Assembly (NCBI GenBank): GCA_013239625.1
Contig: MU054001.1
Span: 2,238,151-2,302,150 of the forward strand
Reading direction: 5' to 3'
From: Lama guanicoe
Taxonomy: Eukaryota
DNA: 64,000 bases
The position numbers were made by a program, and so were the translations under genes. The notes under the pieces were generated by a model. The model worked only from the letters and a program-made list of their open reading frames with translations. It did not search any database and had not been told where the DNA came from. This document shows positions 60,684-64,000 of this stretch, in pieces (position 1 is the first letter of the stretch; every line of letters starts with the position of its first letter).

Positions 60684-61351
60684 GGTTTTTTTTGCTGTTG
60701 TTCGGTCATTTGTTCTTGTTTTTTTGAATGGTTTTAAACTGAAACATAATTGATTTATAATGTTGTGTTAGTTTCTGGTGTATAGCATAGTGATTCAGTT
60801 ATATATAGATACATGTATTCTTTTTCATTTTCTTTTCCATCATAGGTTATTACAAAGTATTGAATATAGTTCCCTGTGCTATAAAGTAGAATTTGTTTTT
60901 TACCTATTTTGTATATAGTAGTTTATATCTACTAATCCCAAACTCCTAATTTATCCCTCCCTACCTTTCCCCTTTGGTAACCATAGTTTTTTTCCATGTC
61001 TGTGAGTCTGTTTCTGTTTTATAAGTAAGTTCATTTGTGTCATTTTTCTAGATTCCACATATAAGTGGTGTCATATATTTGTCTTTCTCTGTCTGACTTC
61101 ACTTAGTATGATAATCTCTAGGTCCATTCATGTTGCTGCAAATGGCATTAATTCATTCTTTTTTATGGCCGAGTAATACCCACACACACGCACACACACA
61201 CACACACACACCACAACTGCTTTATCCAGTTGTCTGTTGATGGACACTTAGGTTGCTTCCACATCTTGGCTTTTGTAAATAGTGCTGCTATGAACATTGG
61301 GACGCACGTATCTTTTCAAATTCAAGTCTTCTCTGGATACATGCCCAGAAG
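60684..61351 (-). mobile_element. 5'-truncated LINE-1 3' UTR inserted in a MIR (-), with (CA)n at ~61180-61213
   Basis: ttgatttataatgttgtgttagtttctggtgtatagcatagtgattc...; TSD tggggtcag (60675-60683 / 61352-61360). Confidence 0.9.
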
Positions 61352-62544
61352 TGGGGTCAGTTTTGAAACCAGATCTGGGTGACTTCTATGTCCAGGATTC
61401 TCACTTTTTCAGGCAGTCCAAAACAACCAGATGCTGTGTACCATTCTAGAGGGTCATTCCACCTCTACTTAAATGTTTCCATATGTTTGTGGGCTGATTT
61501 CTTTGAGATCTTGGCCCAAGAATAGGTAGGATGGACCCAAGGTCAGAACATCTCTCTACTGGTAACATTAGATCGTCTGTTGTCCCTCAGTCCAACTGGA
61601 GGTGCCCTTCCAGAAGTCATGGATTTGCAGGCAATGGGAAAACGTCTTGAAAAATCAGTTTCTCCTTTCAGACAATCCGAGTTCCTCCAAGTCACTATTG
61701 TGGGCTGTCAGCCTCACAATTCCGGGAATGCCTCCTTCTCTGCTGGAAACTCCATCACATTGACAACTGCTCTCTGAATTCTGAGAACAGCTCCCCATCC
61801 CATTGGTAATGAAATAACAGGGTCGTGGCTGCATCAAGACAGAGGGAGCCTGTAGCAATTTGGTAGCAGCTAACACCCCAAATACCCCAAGCTTCATCTG
61901 TATTCATTCTCCCCTAGTGCCACAGATGGCTCCTGCGGACTCGAGTTTATCTCAGCCTCAAAGCTAATAGAGTTAAACCAGCTGGTCAATTTAAACAGGA
62001 GCAGAACCAGTGAGATGTTACTGTATTCTGAGGTGGCGCTAATAAACTTTAATAGATTTCAGCTAACAATTGGGTATAAATTAGACATTGCACTGCTGCT
62101 GAGGTAATAACTTTTGGCACTAAATAACAGAAAATCAAGCTCTGTGATGTGCTTCAAAAGCACCTTCATCGAGCCTCCGAGATTCAGGCAGATTTCACTA
62201 TTGATTACCGCTTACTCTTCCCCAAGCTTTAAGAAAACAGCAAACTGCTCCAAAATGCACCCCCAGAGGAGCCCAGACTTTTTCTCTCACTGGCTCAATA
62301 GCTCTTTTACATGAAGAGGACTTTGGAATAAAAACGGGGGACATGGTGGCTGGGTGGGGGGGCTCTCATAGGTGACTCAGGAACCAGGTGGTCAGATGAC
62401 CCTTTCAAGGGCACACAAATACTTGTTTATACTTTTCTGGAATCTTTCAGAATGTTCACCAGCTGACTTCATTTCAATTCATTCTATTTAACAATAGAAT
62501 TTGTAATCAGCAAGCCCTGTAATTAGCTTGGGTTAGGCACTGGA

Positions 62545-62760
62545 GTCAATTGGATGTGTAGCAAGAAATCTGGACGTGGCATTAGCAGAATTTGTTCAGG
62601 TCCTGACTATGGCGCTAATTATCCAGGTGACTTTGGGTGAGTCATTTAACCTCAGTGCCTTCACCTGCCTGTCTTAACGGGTTGTTGTCAGGTGGAAGGA
62701 AATGTGGGGATCCCTGTGAAAGTGGAATGTAGGCTGGGAAGTGCTATCCAACAAGTGAAA
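62545..62760 (+). mobile_element. MIR fragment
   Basis: gtgactttgggtgagtcatttaacctcagtgcct...gggttgttgt. Confidence 0.6.
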
Positions 62761-63039
62761 TTCAGTAGGCCGCACAACCTGATGCTTGGGTTCAGAAGTT
62801 CAGTGATGCCATCGTGAGCTGTGAAAGTGGCCAGAAAGCTCCTTGTGACAGACACATTGGCCTCTACCCGCGGATCCGGGCAGCCATCCTACTCTCTCTT
62901 TCCACTTTGTGTGTGAGACCTTCTCAGACTTGAAACCATGCTCAAGTTCAGCACTGTAATTTCTGTGTTGGTTTCCACAGGGATTGAGATTTCTTCAAGA
63001 ACAGAGCTTTGCATGGAGCCATCGTTACTGAAACAGTTA

Positions 63040-63216
63040 CCATATGTCATTGCATCCAAGATGCATGTTTCTTTCACAATTTAACATCTCTGAGTTGAGA
63101 TATGTCTCTTGATTACTGTCTGGCCAGAGTTTCATTAGCAGCCTTCTTTTGTCTTAGTGGCACACAGTGATGATGCAGTTCGCAACTGAGGTCATCTTAG
63201 ACATGATGGATTATGG
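63040..63216. mobile_element. MER104-like Tc2 MITE
   Basis: TA-ccatatgtcattgcatccaagatgca...tttaacatctctga...catcttagacatgatggattatgg (inverted ends). Confidence 0.65.
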
Positions 63217-63704
63217 AATCATGTTCCTGTTATGAACCAGGTGCTGTTCTGAGTGCTGCAGAGAGGGGGGCCCAAGACAGCATGTTCCTCTTCTGTGGCA
63301 TTCGCATCCTGCCACAGTGGAGTGGGGCAAGCCAAACAGGCAGCAACTCAACAAGAGAGTTGCATACGGCATTGAGTTTTGAAATGACTTAACAGGGAAA
63401 AATGATAAAGAGTGCCAGGAGGCTTGGGCTACTGGAGTCAGGATAGTCCACAAAGGCCCCTCAGACTGACTGCAAGAAGAGAGGTGCTACACAGTAAGAT
63501 TTGGGACAAGAGATTTCCAGTGTGAGGGAACAACCAGATGGACCCTGAAATGGGAATGAGGTTAGCAGAACATTGGTGACATAATCCTTCTGGGCATAAT
63601 TACTTAAATATGTGCAGATGAGAATAGTCATATATGGTCTCAAAGACGTTATCTCCCTGCCTTTCCTTTCTTTCTCAAGCTTCCAAATTGACTGTCATCA
63701 GAGA

Positions 63705-64000
63705 CTACGTTAGCTTCCCAGGGCAGCTGTAACAAACTACCACAAATTTGGATGGCTTAACGTAAGAAAAAGTTTTTCTCTCCATAGTCCTCGAGGCTAG
63801 AAGTCTGCAAACAGTGTATTGGCAGGGCCATGCTCTTTCTGAAGGATCTAGATGAAAATATGTCCATGCCTTTCCCTTAGCTTCTGGTGCCTGCCAGCCA
63901 TCCTTGGCCTTCCTTGGCTTGTAGACCCTTCACTCTAATCTGGGCCACTGTGAGCACATGGCATTCTCCCTGTGTGTCTGTGTCTCTTTTTATAAGGATA
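63705..64000 (-). mobile_element. MaLR LTR (MLT1A/B/C), truncated by the window end
   Basis: gctgtaacaaactaccacaaatttggatggcttaa...aggctagaagtctgc...ttggcagggccatgctc...ttccttggcttgtag. Confidence 0.85.

Noticed and set aside
32198..61351. Similar 300-650 bp segments at 32198, 48448, 58388, 59868 and 60684 as a segmental duplication or repeat array
   Set aside because: They are independent 5'-truncated L1 3' UTR insertions with different lengths and flanks, most with their own TSD.
15071..62619. 10-mer TGGCGCTAAT occurring three times (15071, 62034, 62610)
   Set aside because: Flanks are unrelated, one copy lies in a decayed MIR, and some triple 10-mers are expected by chance in 64 kb.

Overview
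Mammalian, repeat-rich non-coding DNA, either intergenic or deep intronic. It is most likely camelid, because it carries five copies of a tRNA-derived SINE resembling the Vic-1 family and I see no Alu, Bov-tA/BovB, PRE-1 or Can-SINE. I find no host protein-coding exon, RNA gene, CRISPR array or prokaryote-type system. The only ORFs with recognisable homology are decayed LINE-1 ORF2 pieces. The window is a mosaic of L1, L2, MIR, MaLR/ERVL LTRs and hAT/Tc-mariner DNA transposons, separated by several repeat-free blocks that look like candidate cis-regulatory elements. The most notable observations concern insertion mechanisms: (1) a tail-less, TSD-less internal L1 ORF2 fragment inside a SINE, at the core of a five-layer nest (4111-4667); (2) two copies of a Tigger1-derived MITE carrying a captured MIR-like segment (1-220, 44259-44575); (3) a ~120 bp twin-primed L1 insertion that forms a hairpin (43349-43498); (4) a TSD-flanked L1 that keeps both ends but has large internal deletions (24055-28143); (5) a switch in L1 orientation across the window. 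I cannot support a claim of a genuinely new biological system. Repeat family names come from recognition by eye, subfamily labels are tentative, and boundaries are approximate unless a TSD or TIR is quoted.
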